Below are positions 1-12,033 of a stretch of 64,000 bases of DNA, piece after piece. Under the pieces are notes generated by a model. The model did not search any database and was not told the origin of the DNA. It saw only the letters and a program-made list of their open reading frames with translations. Within the stretch, counting starts at the first letter, position 1. The number at the start of each line of letters is the position of its first letter. This DNA is from Sphingomonadaceae bacterium (lineage in GTDB: Bacteria > Chloroflexota > UBA6077): positions 1-64,000 of the forward strand of contig JBLNDL010000013.1 of the NCBI GenBank assembly GCA_050261575.1, given 5' to 3'. The position numbers and the translations under genes were made by a program.

Positions 1-124
1 GGTGTAGGTTTCACCCGAGGTGCCGGCACGCCCGTGAGGAGTGCAGCCAGTTGGAGCCGGAGTTCAGGGAGGTGGAGCACGGCCATTGGGTGGCGTGCCA
101 CTTCTGGAACGAGATTGGGTAGAC

Positions 125-162
125 AGAGAAGGGGGGCGGCCACTCGGCCGCTCCCCTTCTCT
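125..162. terminator. Hairpin downstream of ftsH, probable terminator
   Basis: AGAGAAGGGGGGCGGCC-actc-GGCCGCTCCCCTTCTCT inverted repeat a few bp past the ftsH stop. Confidence 0.6.
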
Positions 163-168
163 TCTCCA

Positions 169-2028
<1,860 letters not shown>

Positions 2029-2244
2029 CGCTCGCCTCGTCTCGTGCGAACTCAGGGGAGTCTGCGGATGCAGGTGTGAATATTAATTATACACCATTGC
2101 TTGTGGCCAGCAAGGGTAATAGGGGCTATGTTGTTGTAGCCGTTCCACACTTCCCCGCGATGAGCCGCCTGAAGGGCAGCGAGGCGCGACGGCGACGAAG
2201 GCGGTATAATCTGGGCGCTGCAGGTCTCGGATGGGAGCGCGACT

Positions 2245-2499
2245 ATGGCCGAAAGGAAGTGCCGCTACTGCCTGTACTGGCATTCCCGCTTGCCTGGGAG
2301 GTTCGAGGCGAAGGACGACAGCGTGGGAGAGTGCAGGTTCAACCCGCCGTCTGTGAGCCCTGCTGGCGGGAGTCAGAGGGCTTCGCAGAAGAAGGGGATC
2401 TGGCCGGAGACGTACGGCGGGGATTGGTGCGGGCAGTTCAGCTTGAGTCGGTGGCCGCAGCCGGGTGGATGGCACCTGAAGCCGCCGCCGGTGAACTAG
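2245..2499 (+). CDS. Small four-cysteine putative metal-binding protein
   Basis: CRYC...GECRFNPP...WPET...DWCGQF pattern; GGGAG SD and TATAAT upstream. Confidence 0.7.
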   Translation: MAERKCRYCLYWHSRLPGRFEAKDDSVGECRFNPPSVSPAGGSQRASQKKGIWPETYGGDWCGQFSLSRWPQPGGWHLKPPPVN

Positions 2500-2514
2500 C
2501 CAGGACCGAGTGGC

Positions 2515-2554
2515 GAGGACTGAGGACTGAGTGACGCTCTCAGCCCTCAGTTCC
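2515..2554. repeat. Heptamer-based palindromic repeat (TGAGGAC / CTCAGCC units)
   Basis: GAGGACTGAGGACTGAG...CTCAGCCCTCAGTTCC; related copy at 58877-58926. Confidence 0.6.
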
Positions 2555-2646
2555 AGCCAGTGTTCGAGCACACCGGTTTTGAGGGTGTCACCCTTCTCTG
2601 CCGCTCAGCGTGACAGCACCTGTCAGCACCGCTGTGTCGAACCACC

Positions 2647-2716
2647 AAGCAGGTATCTCCAGATAGAGTACACGTTTCCCGCCAGAGAAGTTGGCATGAA
2701 CGAGAGATACCCGCTT
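2647..2716 (+). repeat. 70-bp terminal-inverted-repeat element, copy 1
   Basis: AAGCAGGTATCTC...GAGATACCCGCTT; aligns without gaps to 22255-22324 (54/70) and 28914-28983 (56/70), counted by hand. Confidence 0.9.
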
Positions 2717-3629
2717 AGTCGTTGCCGCCGAGGTTGCCGAAGGGATTCTCGTTTGCCTCGATCTCGGCCAGCGCCTCGGCGGCCGCCTCCCGCATAGTGG
2801 GATCGGAGCTCTCGTAGCAGTAGACGAGGGCATCGCGAGCCTCCGGGCCGCCGATCTGTCCCAGGGAGGAGATGGCGGCCAGCCGGACGGACGCATCCGG
2901 GTCGTCCACCAGGTCGGCCAGGGTGTCGACGACCTCCTCGTAGTCGGCGGCGGCGATCGCCGCCTCACGGCGAACGGCGGGATCATCGCTGGCCATCTGC
3001 TCTCGCAGGGACTCCGCCCAAACCGGATCGATGTTGCGTCCGATGGCCTGGATGGCGGCGAGCCGCAGCCCGGCGCGGGTGAGGCCGCGCCGGATCTCAG
3101 CGCGGACGTTGTCGGTGGAGAAGTAGCCCACCGAGGCGAGCGCCGCAGCCCTCACGCTGGTAGCCTCAGTCTCGGACTGGGCTCGATCCAGCAGTACGCG
3201 CTCTATCTCCCTTGCGTCTTCCTCCGGCCGTTCCCCCAACTCTGCAGCCAGGGCGAACCCACCCAGACGGTCGGCTGCGGCTGCCCGCACGGTCTCGTCG
3301 GGGTCGTGGAGGCAGAGATCCAGCAGCTTGGCGAGCAGCTCCTGGCTGTCGTCGTCCACCGAGGCGCCGATGGCCAGCCGGCGGACATCGGCGTTGGGGT
3401 CCTCGATCGCCATCTCGTAGATTGCGTCGAAGTCCACCAGGGTGTCCTCCTCCGCGTGCTGGCGGAGGGTTGCGAGCAGGGTCATACGCTCGCGGTCGGC
3501 GAGACCCAACCACACGGTCCTGAAATGCTGCAATTGATCCTGACCAAGATCGGTGAGCTGCCTGGTCTGGGGGCGAGTGAGTCGCCTCCGGGCAGCCAAC
3601 GTCTCCAGGGTTTCCTCGAAGCTGGGCAT
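2715..3629 (-). CDS. HEAT/PBS-lyase repeat protein
   Basis: Repeated D-P-x-x-x-V-R-x-x-A motifs (DPNADVRRLA, DPDETVRAAA, DPDASVRLAA). Confidence 0.85.
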   Translation of the reverse strand: MPSFEETLETLAARRRLTRPQTRQLTDLGQDQLQHFRTVWLGLADRERMTLLATLRQHAEEDTLVDFDAIYEMAIEDPNADVRRLAIGASVDDDSQELLAKLLDLCLHDPDETVRAAAADRLGGFALAAELGERPEEDAREIERVLLDRAQSETEATSVRAAALASVGYFSTDNVRAEIRRGLTRAGLRLAAIQAIGRNIDPVWAESLREQMASDDPAVRREAAIAAADYEEVVDTLADLVDDPDASVRLAAISSLGQIGGPEARDALVYCYESSDPTMREAAAEALAEIEANENPFGNLGGND

Positions 3630-3741
3630 CGTACGTTTCCTGTGTTCTAGTCCCTACAAGCAGTGGTGGGGGCAGGCAGACTGAGTCTGCCTGCCGCGAG
3701 CGCACCACGGGCACGCCGCTACCGGGCACGGACAGGCCTTC

Positions 3742-5190
3742 TCAGTATGCCTTGCCGAAGACCACACGCCGGCCGCTGGGCTTGGCACACCACACGCAGC
3801 TTCCGTCCTCCAGCTCGGCCTCCAAAGGTATGCATCGGATGGTGGCCCCGGTCTCATCCTTGATCTTGGCTTCGCATTCGGCACCGCCACACCAATGGGC
3901 GAGCAGGAAGCCACGCTTCTCCTCCAGAGCGGTCGTGAACTCCTCGAAGCTGTTCACCTTGGCGGTGCGCTCGGCCATGAACCTGCGCGCCCTCTCCAGA
4001 AGATCGCGTTGGATCTGGTCCAGCAGCTCGGCCAGGCGCGCCTTGACGCCGTCCATCGGGACCAACTCCTTGGCTCGAGTGTCGCGACGGACCAGGACGA
4101 CCTGGTTGTTCTTGACGTCGCGTGGGCCGATCTCGATGCGGATGGGAACACCCCGCAGCTCGTGCTCGTTGTACTTCCAGCCTGGGGTGTGGGCGTCGTC
4201 CCAGTCCACCTGCAGGCGGATGTCGGCCCCGAGGCTGGCTTTCAACCGGTTCACGGCCTCGGCCACCGCCTCCTTCTCCTGCTCTTTCCGCCAGATGGGG
4301 ACGACCACGGCCTGGACCGGGGCGACCCTTGGCGGCATGATGAGACCCGAGTCGTCGCCGTGGACCATGATGATGGCGCCGATCAGCCGGGTGGATACTC
4401 CCCAACTGGTCTGCCAGGCGTACTTCCGCTCGCCGTCCATGTCCTGGAAGGTGATGTCGAAGACCTTGGCGAAGTTCTGGCCCAGGTAGTGGGAGGTGCC
4501 AGCCTGGAGTGCCTTGCCGTCTCCCATCATCGCCTCGATGGCGTAGGTGCGGACCGCGCCCTTGAACTTCTCGGCCTCGGTCTTTTGCCCATACACGACC
4601 GGAATCGCCAGGTCCTCCTCGACGAAGGAACGGTAGATGTCGAGGATCCTCAGCGTTTCCTCCTGCGCCTCCTCCGCAGTGCGGTGGACGGTGTGGCCTT
4701 CCTGCCAGAGGAACTCGGTGGTCCGGAGGAAGAGACGGGTGACCTTCTCCCAGCGCAACACGTTGCACCACTGATTGACGAGTATGGGTAGGTCCCGCCA
4801 GGAGTTGACCCACTTCGAGTACATGTGGCCGATGATCGCCTCGGAGGTGGGTCGGATGGCGAGGCGTTCCTCCAGGGGCTCGCTACCGCCCTGGGTCACC
4901 CAGGCCACCTCGGGAGCGAAACCCGCCACGTGCTCGGCTTCGCGTGCCAGGAAGCTCTCGGGGATGAGCAGCGGGAAGTAGGCGTTCACGTGGCCGGTGG
5001 CCTTGAATCGGGCGTCGAGCAGCCGCTGAATGTTCTCCCAGAGGGCGAAGCCGTAAGGGCGGATGACCATGCACCCGCGCACCGGGGCGTAGTCGGCCAA
5101 CTGGGCCTTGAGGATCACCTCAGTGTACCAGCGCGAGTAGTCCTCACTCTTATCCGTGAGCTTCTCGACGAAGGATTCCTGGTCGGACAT
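3742..5190 (-). CDS. proS: Proline--tRNA ligase, short archaeal/eukaryote-like type
   Basis: LAIRPTSE, FLRTTEFLWQEGHT, ALQAGTSH, C-terminal FGKAY; start moved to MSDQES behind a GGAGG SD. Confidence 0.97.
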   Translation of the reverse strand: MSDQESFVEKLTDKSEDYSRWYTEVILKAQLADYAPVRGCMVIRPYGFALWENIQRLLDARFKATGHVNAYFPLLIPESFLAREAEHVAGFAPEVAWVTQGGSEPLEERLAIRPTSEAIIGHMYSKWVNSWRDLPILVNQWCNVLRWEKVTRLFLRTTEFLWQEGHTVHRTAEEAQEETLRILDIYRSFVEEDLAIPVVYGQKTEAEKFKGAVRTYAIEAMMGDGKALQAGTSHYLGQNFAKVFDITFQDMDGERKYAWQTSWGVSTRLIGAIIMVHGDDSGLIMPPRVAPVQAVVVPIWRKEQEKEAVAEAVNRLKASLGADIRLQVDWDDAHTPGWKYNEHELRGVPIRIEIGPRDVKNNQVVLVRRDTRAKELVPMDGVKARLAELLDQIQRDLLERARRFMAERTAKVNSFEEFTTALEEKRGFLLAHWCGGAECEAKIKDETGATIRCIPLEAELEDGSCVWCAKPSGRRVVFGKAY

Positions 5191-5446
5191 CTTTCCTCCC
5201 ACACCTGCTTGCGTTTCGGTGGACCGTGCTGGCCCGCCATCGCTTGGATGGCGAAAAGGAGGCCAGATTGAGGCCTCCTCGGACTTCCACTATTCGGGCC
5301 TGGACCCTGCCACACGGTCCTCGCGTGGTGCGGGACCATGCGCCCCGCCGCCCGCGTGGGCCGGTAATGCGCCGCCTTACACGACGTCGCGGATGCCGCA
5401 TGCCGGGGCCGGTGGGCCGACTCCCCCGCACAGGCACCCGCGGTCC

Positions 5447-6241
5447 CTACAGTTCGATCCTGGCCACCGGTGGCATCCGCCGCTTAAACTCGGAGGAGGC
5501 CACAAGCCCCGCGACGCGATCGACCGTCTCCCGCGGGTAACCAAGGGCAACGATTTGGCCGCGAGCCAATCCACGGTCAATCAACAAGTATAGCACACGG
5601 TCGGCCACGTCGTAGGACACCCCGAGCTCCTCCTCGTCGGTCTGTCCGGCCCAGAGATCGGCGGTGGGGGCCTTGTCGACGATGGCTGGATCCACCCCCA
5701 TGTGGCGCGCTAGTTGCCGGACCTGCGTCTTGTAGAGGCAGCCGATGGGGTTGATTGCCCAGGCGGCATCACCGTGGAGGGTCCCGTAACCCAGCAGCAT
5801 CTCGGTCCGGTTGCTGGTGCCGATGACAAGGGCGTCGTGCTCCTCCGACTGATCGTAAAGGATGGCCATGCGGATCCGAGCCATCGCGTTGCCCATCCGC
5901 CGTCGATCCGTGATGGGGACATCTCGGAAGAGGGCCTCCGCCACCGGCGTGATATCGACCGTCTTGGACGGCATTCCCAGCCGCTCGATCTCCAGGCGGG
6001 CGTGGTCCAGGCTCTCGGGGCTGCTGGTGCGGTAAGGGAGTACGTAGCCGTGGACGTTGGCCCGCCCGAGTGCTCGAACGGCGAGGCGGGCGACGAGGCT
6101 GGAATCGATGCCGCCTGACATCCCCAGGACGACCGCTTTGCGTCCGGCTCGGGTGATCTCCTCGCGGATGAAGCCGACGAGCCGCGGCACTACGCGTTCG
6201 ACGTTGAGACTGAAGGCGTCCGCAGGGGGCTCCGGGGGCAT
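5447..6241 (-). CDS. nadE: NH3-dependent NAD+ synthetase
   Basis: SGGIDSS PP-loop, GNAMARIRM, GYGTLHGD, PTADLWAGQTDEEELG; start approximate. Confidence 0.95.
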   Translation of the reverse strand: MPPEPPADAFSLNVERVVPRLVGFIREEITRAGRKAVVLGMSGGIDSSLVARLAVRALGRANVHGYVLPYRTSSPESLDHARLEIERLGMPSKTVDITPVAEALFRDVPITDRRRMGNAMARIRMAILYDQSEEHDALVIGTSNRTEMLLGYGTLHGDAAWAINPIGCLYKTQVRQLARHMGVDPAIVDKAPTADLWAGQTDEEELGVSYDVADRVLYLLIDRGLARGQIVALGYPRETVDRVAGLVASSEFKRRMPPVARIEL

Positions 6242-6288
6242 GGATAGCACGGGAAGGACCTCCACTTCGAACTCGCAACGGTGTTGTT

Positions 6289-6351
6289 CACGAAGGCATG
6301 GAGACACGGAGAAGAGGAATTCACGTCTCCGTCACTCTGTGCATCCGCGGT
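6289..6351. repeat. Eroded nonamer-unit palindromic intergenic repeat
   Basis: CACGAAGGCATGGAGACACGGAG...CTCCGTCACTCTGTGCATCCGCGGT imperfect inverted repeat. Confidence 0.5.
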
Positions 6352-6364
6352 CTAACGGTCACTC

Positions 6365-8869
6365 TCAGTCTTGCAGGCCACTGATGAGCGCGGCGTACTT
6401 GTCCTGGAGAACGCGCGCCTGGTCGGACGAGGTGGACTCGGCTATGACGTGGAAGATGGGCCGGTCGGGATCGGGCAGGATGAGGACCCATTCGTTTCCG
6501 AGATCGATCCTCACCCCGTCGATCTGCTTGGTCTGGCCGTCCCTGTACTGCTCGTGCAGGATGCGCATGATGCGGCCCTTCCGCTCCCAGGGGCACGAGA
6601 CCTTCGTCGACGACATGAAGTAGGGAGGCAGCGAGCCGACGACGTCGGCTAGGCTGGCACCCGCCGCGGCGAGCAACCCCATCATCTGGGCGATGGCGAA
6701 CATGCCGTCGAAGCTGGGGTGGAATGCCGGGAATATGAAGCCGCCGTTGCCGTCGCCGAGCATGGCCACGCGTTCGCGTGCGGCCGCCTCCATCATAGAA
6801 TGGGGGTTGACACGGGTGCGGATGACCTTGCCCCCGTGCCTCGCTGCCAACTCGTCGATCGTCCTGGAGGCCGAGACCGGCACCGCAACGACGGCACCCG
6901 GCTTAGCCCGGAACACCAGGTCGGCCATGGCGGCGAGTGCAGTCATCCCGGGCAGGATCTGGCCGGTACCGGTGACCAGGAAGACGCGTTCCCCTCCTGG
7001 GTCGATCCGGGCGCCCATGCTTGCCCGGAGGGCGGCTGAGATGGAGGCGCACTGAGTCAGCGCGACTTCGTGCTCCTCGGGCGAGGCCATCGGGCGGGCG
7101 TCTTCCACGGCAGCGTTCAGGGCCACCACCCTAGTGCCCCCCTGCCGCAGGATCGGGGACAGGATGGTGGACGAGAGGGAGTTGCTGTAGTCCACCACGA
7201 GGGTGAAGCCCTCGGGCGGAGCGGGCAGGGTGGATCGAGCCATGGCCTGGAGGAAGCTCTCGCTGTAGGCCTCGATGACGCGTGGCTGGTAGTAGATCAG
7301 CCCCACCTCATCGAGGTAGACCCGACGGAAATCCTCGCGGAAGAAAGTATTCTCTATCTTGCGCTCGGTGGGTTTGCTGATGTCCATACCGTTCTGGTCG
7401 AAGAACTTGATGTCGACGACCCGATTGTCGAACGGGGAGAGTCGGACGTCGATACCCGCCTGGGCCTCGGAGACGCGGGTGATGTAGCGCGCGACGGGAA
7501 TCGGCACCGACGCCAGGTCGGCCACGTTGACCCCGGCAGAGGGTAGACCGGAGATGATGGCCCGCTTGATCATGCGGGGCGTGCGGTTGGGATCGCGGTT
7601 AACCGCGACCACAGCCCCTTTCGGTAGGGTGGCGCCGAAGGCTGCGCCCAGCTTGGCGGCGAACTCGGGTGTCAGGTCGATGTTGACCAGGCCGGTGACG
7701 CCGTAGCGGCCGAAGAGGACGCGCCTACCCTGCGCCCCCCATATGATGCTGGTGCCCACGGTAGCGCCGGTCTCGATCTCCTTATTGGGCCATATCTTCA
7801 CGTTCGGCTGGATGATGGCGCCGTCCCGGACGACGGTGCCGTCGCCGATGACCGCGCCCTCGAAGAGGACAGCCTTGCTCTCGATATGGCACTGTTTGCC
7901 GACGATAGCGCCGTGGACCTCCACTCGCTCGCCCAGATAGCTGTTGTTCCAAATGACGCTGCGCACGACGTGGCAACGGGTGTCCACGACGGAGTACTCG
8001 CCGATGACGCTGGGACCGTGGACCACAGCACCGCTCTTGACCTTGGCCTCTCGGCCTACGCAAACCGGGCCGTAGAGCTGGGCGTCCGGCGCGATGTCGG
8101 CGCCCTCGTCGACCCAAACCCCGCCGCCCATGTGCTTCCCAGGCAGCGGGATGGCGACCTTCCCGGAGAGGAGGTCCGCGTTGGCCCGGATGTACTCTTG
8201 CAGGTTGCCCACGTCGCACCAGTATCCGGGTGCGATGAAGCCGTACAGCGGGTCCCCCTTCTTCAGCATCATGGGGAACAGCTCCTGGCTGAAGTCGAAG
8301 ACCTTGTTGGGCTCGAAGTAGTCCAGCACCTCCGGCTCGAGGACGTAGATGCCGGTGTTCACGGTGTCGCTGAACACCTCGCCCCAACTGGGCTTCTCCA
8401 GGAACTGGACGATCGTCCCGTCCTCGCGCGTGATGATGACCCCATACTCCAGAGGATTGGGCACCCGATAGAGGGTGAGGGTAGCGAGGGCCTTCTTCTC
8501 CTTGTGGAACTCCACGATCTGGGTGAGATCGAAGTCGGTGAGAGCGTCTGCGCTGATGACCAAGAAGGTGTCGGTGAGGTGCTTCTGGGCGAGCTTGACG
8601 CTGCCAGCGGTTCCCAGGGGGGATTCCTCCACCGAGTAGATGATCTTCATTCCGAGTTGGCTACCGTCGCCGAAGTAGTCCTGGATCATCGATGCCAGGT
8701 ACTGGACGGTGACCACGACTTCGGTGATCCCGTGTCTCTTGAGGAGATCCAGGTTGTGCTGCATCACTGGTTTGGTGGCGATGGGCACCATCGGCTTGGG
8801 GCGGCCCAAGGTCAAAGGGCGCAGCCTCGATCCCTCACCTCCGGCCATCACGACTGCCTTCATTGTCAT
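6365..8869 (-). CDS. Sugar-1-phosphate (mannose-1-P) guanylyltransferase / hexapeptide repeat / phosphomannomutase-like fusion
   Basis: [13 protein letters not shown]...PKP NTP-transferase motif, LbH region, [15 protein letters not shown] domain. Confidence 0.9.
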   Translation of the reverse strand: MTMKAVVMAGGEGSRLRPLTLGRPKPMVPIATKPVMQHNLDLLKRHGITEVVVTVQYLASMIQDYFGDGSQLGMKIIYSVEESPLGTAGSVKLAQKHLTDTFLVISADALTDFDLTQIVEFHKEKKALATLTLYRVPNPLEYGVIITREDGTIVQFLEKPSWGEVFSDTVNTGIYVLEPEVLDYFEPNKVFDFSQELFPMMLKKGDPLYGFIAPGYWCDVGNLQEYIRANADLLSGKVAIPLPGKHMGGGVWVDEGADIAPDAQLYGPVCVGREAKVKSGAVVHGPSVIGEYSVVDTRCHVVRSVIWNNSYLGERVEVHGAIVGKQCHIESKAVLFEGAVIGDGTVVRDGAIIQPNVKIWPNKEIETGATVGTSIIWGAQGRRVLFGRYGVTGLVNIDLTPEFAAKLGAAFGATLPKGAVVAVNRDPNRTPRMIKRAIISGLPSAGVNVADLASVPIPVARYITRVSEAQAGIDVRLSPFDNRVVDIKFFDQNGMDISKPTERKIENTFFREDFRRVYLDEVGLIYYQPRVIEAYSESFLQAMARSTLPAPPEGFTLVVDYSNSLSSTILSPILRQGGTRVVALNAAVEDARPMASPEEHEVALTQCASISAALRASMGARIDPGGERVFLVTGTGQILPGMTALAAMADLVFRAKPGAVVAVPVSASRTIDELAARHGGKVIRTRVNPHSMMEAAARERVAMLGDGNGGFIFPAFHPSFDGMFAIAQMMGLLAAAGASLADVVGSLPPYFMSSTKVSCPWERKGRIMRILHEQYRDGQTKQIDGVRIDLGNEWVLILPDPDRPIFHVIAESTSSDQARVLQDKYAALISGLQD

Positions 8870-9081
8870 CTCCTCTTAGAACGCTGGTGCTGAACAATCG
8901 CCATGTCTCAATAATACCCAAAGCCCGAAGGCTGCAGCAAGGAAATGTGTTCGGGGCTATAATTCGCTCGGTTCTGAGGAGTGCTCGACGAATGGGCAGG
9001 GGCAGGTCTGAGTCTCCTCCCAGGCGTACGCCGAGGTGCGCCGCTGCCGGGTACAGACGCTCTGAGGAGGTGGGGGTTGTG

Positions 9082-10296
9082 ATGGACGTTTCGAACGGCG
9101 GCACCGGGGAGGCAGGGGGAGCAGCGTGGCCCTGCTGGGTCGAGGTGGATCTGGACGCGATCCGGCACAACGTCGCGGAGATCAGGGGCTTGCTTCCGCA
9201 GTCGTGCCAGGTGATGGCGGTCGTGAAGTCTCAGGCGTATGGACATGGGGCAGTGGCGGTAGCTGGGGCGGCGCTCGAGGCGGGCGCGACCTGGCTGGCG
9301 GTCGCGCGGGTCCGAGAGGGAGTGGAGCTTCGGAAGGCGGGGATAGGCGCCCCCATCCTCCTCCTGGGACCGGTGGCGCCTCCGGAGATACCGGCCATGG
9401 TGGAGCACGAGATCCGGCCCGTCCTGGTGAGCTTCGAGCAGGCAGCGGCGATCTCGCGGGCCGCGGTTGTCGCGGGGAAGCGGCTGCCCGTGCACCTCAA
9501 GCTGGAGACCGGAATGGGCAGGTACGGGGTCCCACTGGCAGATCTGCTGGAGCTGTTGCCCCGGGTGGCGGGGCTGCCCGGGTTGGAACTGGAGGGGCTC
9601 TGCTCGCACTTCGCCACCGCCGACGAGGCGGATGAAAGCTACGCCCGATCGCAACTCGCCGCTTTCCAGGAGGGGAGAAGGAGGCTCGAGCAGGCAGGGT
9701 TCCATGCCTCCGTAGTCCACATGGCGGCCAGCGCGGCAGCGCTCGGGCTGGGGGTAAGCCACCTGGACATGGTGAGGATCGGGCTATCCCTGTACGGTCT
9801 CTATCCCGCCCCCCACCTCGCCGGGCGGACCGCGCTGCGGCCGGCCCTCTCGGTTCACAGTTGGGTGGCCCGAGTCTTTCGGCTGGAGCCGGGCCAGAGC
9901 GCCGGTTACGGACGGACCTTCGTCGCCTCGGAGCCCACCACCGCCGCGTTGGTGCCGATGGGGTACGCCGACGGGCTGCCGCGCTGCCACTCGAATCGGG
10001 GCTGCGTTCTGGTCCAGGGGCAGCGGGCGGCGATAATCGGCCGGGTGAGCATGGATCAGTGCGTCGTGGACGTGAGCCATTGCGGCCCCGTGCGGGAGGG
10101 AGACCCGGTGGTGGTGATCGGTTCCCAGGGAGATGACACCATCAGTTGCGACGAGTTTGCCGAGAGGTCCGGGACGATCAGCTACGAGGCACTGACCTCG
10201 TTGGGTGAGCGGATGCCAAGGGTGTACCGGAGCGGCGGCCGGGTGGTCGGCGTGGCGTATCTGGACGAGGGGAGATTGGAGTGGTGCCAGCGCTGA
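9082..10296 (+). CDS. alr: Alanine racemase
   Basis: AVVKSQAYGHG PLP lysine, ETGMGRYG, SHFATAD, GYADG, GRVSMDQ; start set at GAGGAGG SD. Confidence 0.96.
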   Translation: MDVSNGGTGEAGGAAWPCWVEVDLDAIRHNVAEIRGLLPQSCQVMAVVKSQAYGHGAVAVAGAALEAGATWLAVARVREGVELRKAGIGAPILLLGPVAPPEIPAMVEHEIRPVLVSFEQAAAISRAAVVAGKRLPVHLKLETGMGRYGVPLADLLELLPRVAGLPGLELEGLCSHFATADEADESYARSQLAAFQEGRRRLEQAGFHASVVHMAASAAALGLGVSHLDMVRIGLSLYGLYPAPHLAGRTALRPALSVHSWVARVFRLEPGQSAGYGRTFVASEPTTAALVPMGYADGLPRCHSNRGCVLVQGQRAAIIGRVSMDQCVVDVSHCGPVREGDPVVVIGSQGDDTISCDEFAERSGTISYEALTSLGERMPRVYRSGGRVVGVAYLDEGRLEWCQR

Positions 10297-11612
10297 GAGC
10301 CGTCGAACTCATTGAGAGGAAGAGGGCGGGGAAGGAACTCACGAAGGAGGAGATAGAGGAGCTCGTCTCCGGGTACGTTAGGGGGGAGATCCCGGACTAC
10401 CAAGTCTCGGCGTGGCTCATGGCGGTGTGCTTGCGCGGCCTGAGCCAGCGGGAGACCGTGGATCTGACGTGGGCGATGGCAGCATCGGGCGCGATGCTGG
10501 ACCTCGCGGGTGTCGGGTGGCCGGTGGCCGACAAGCATAGCTCCGGTGGCGTGGGCGACAAGACGACGCTCGTGGTGGGGCCGCTGGTGAGGGCGTGCGG
10601 GGTGGCGGTGGCCAAGATGTCCGGGCGGGGGCTGGGCTTCACGGGCGGCACCGTGGACAAGCTGGAGTCGATCCCCGGGTACGTCGCGGACCTAAGCGCG
10701 GCCCAGTTCGTGCGGCAACTGGAGAGGGAAGGCATCGTCCTCGCTGGACAGAGTCCCGAGCTGGTGCCGGCCGACCGCAAGCTGTACGCGCTCAGGGACG
10801 TCACGGGCACCGTGGAGAGCATTCCACTGATCGCCAGCAGCATCATGTGCAAGAAGCTGGCTGTCGGGGCCCAAGCCGTCGTGCTGGACGTGAAGGTCGG
10901 GTCCGGCGCGTTCATGGCCGAGTTGGGAGAGGCACGTGAGCTGGCCCGCCTGATGGTCGACATCGGCACGGCCGCGAACAGGAGGGTGAGCGCTCTGCTG
11001 ACCCCGATGGACCAACCCCTCGGGATGGCGGTGGGGAACGCGCTGGAGGTGGCCGAGGCCATCGCGACGCTGCGGGGGGATGGTCCGCGGGATCTGGTCG
11101 AGCTGTGCGTGCTCCTGGCCGGGGAGATGCTCTACCTGGCAGGCGCGGCGGGCAGTCCGCAGGAGGGCAGGGAGCGGGCACAGAAGGCTCTCGACTCGGG
11201 CGATGCGCTCCAAGTGATGGAGAGGCTGCTCCTGGCTCAGGGAGGCGATCCGAGGGTGCTGGAGAACCCGGGGATCATGGGAAGGGCTCCCCATGTCCTG
11301 CCCGTCACCAGCCATTCCCGAGGCTGGGTAGCGGGAGTGGATGCGCGTGGCGTGGCCAGGGCGGCCCTGTCGCTAGGAGCAGGTCGGGCTCGGAAGGAGG
11401 ACGCCGTGGACCACCAGGTAGGGGTGGTGCTGCGGGTGAAGGCGGGGTCCGAGGTGGAGGAGGGCACGCTACTGGCGGAGGTGCACGCCCGAGATGCGTC
11501 CGTCGGGGAGCGGGCGGCGGCTGAGGTGCTGCGCGCCTTTCGGATCGAGGATGTGCGGCCGGAAGTCGCCCCAGATTCCATCGAGAGGGTCGGCCCGGTT
11601 CCGGCCGTTTGA
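10281..11612 (+). CDS. pdp: Pyrimidine-nucleoside/thymidine phosphorylase
   Basis: DKHSSGGVGDK, KMSGRGLGFTGGT, LYALRDVT, DVKVGSGAFM. Confidence 0.95.
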   Translation: MVPALRAVELIERKRAGKELTKEEIEELVSGYVRGEIPDYQVSAWLMAVCLRGLSQRETVDLTWAMAASGAMLDLAGVGWPVADKHSSGGVGDKTTLVVGPLVRACGVAVAKMSGRGLGFTGGTVDKLESIPGYVADLSAAQFVRQLEREGIVLAGQSPELVPADRKLYALRDVTGTVESIPLIASSIMCKKLAVGAQAVVLDVKVGSGAFMAELGEARELARLMVDIGTAANRRVSALLTPMDQPLGMAVGNALEVAEAIATLRGDGPRDLVELCVLLAGEMLYLAGAAGSPQEGRERAQKALDSGDALQVMERLLLAQGGDPRVLENPGIMGRAPHVLPVTSHSRGWVAGVDARGVARAALSLGAGRARKEDAVDHQVGVVLRVKAGSEVEEGTLLAEVHARDASVGERAAAEVLRAFRIEDVRPEVAPDSIERVGPVPAV

Positions 11613-11761
11613 GCAGCCGGGCGGGGTTCCGCCCGGGCGGATAGCGGGTTATAATCCTGGTGTGGGCACTACTCTGGCTTTTGCTGGAGCGGCATTTTCG
11701 CCTCCGGGCGATCTGTATCCGCCCGGTGCGCCGTCCACCGATCGGAGAGAAGGAGGCACCG

Positions 11762-11980
11762 ATGAAGCTATACGTAGACCTGAACGGTGACCGACACTAC
11801 TTGATGACCGATGACGGGGAAGCAGTGTACATAGATGATCTGAAAGAAGAGGGGCGCGATACCGAGTTCATCGATCAGGTGATCGATTCCGCGAGGTATC
11901 GGCGGGGCCCCAAGCGCACTAGGGTTGCCGGTTCGCTGGAGGTTGAGACGTTCGGCGCCGGTCGCGACGAGCAGCTTTAG
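11762..11980 (+). CDS. Small acidic hypothetical protein (72 aa)
   Basis: AAGGAGG SD, TATAAT near 11650, protein-like composition. Confidence 0.7.
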   Translation: MKLYVDLNGDRHYLMTDDGEAVYIDDLKEEGRDTEFIDQVIDSARYRRGPKRTRVAGSLEVETFGAGRDEQL

Positions 11981-12033
11981 GTTGAGTCGGGTGAGCGCGG
12001 GGCAGGCGGCACGCCTGCCCCGCGCGTTGCTTT

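Noticed and set aside
2647..2716. 70-bp elements as integron attC sites
   Set aside because: They lack RYYYAAC/GTTRRRY core ends, flank housekeeping genes, and there is no intI
5191..5446. T-box riboswitch upstream of proS
   Set aside because: Hairpins and a short U-run exist, but there is no UGGNACC antiterminator motif on the coding strand
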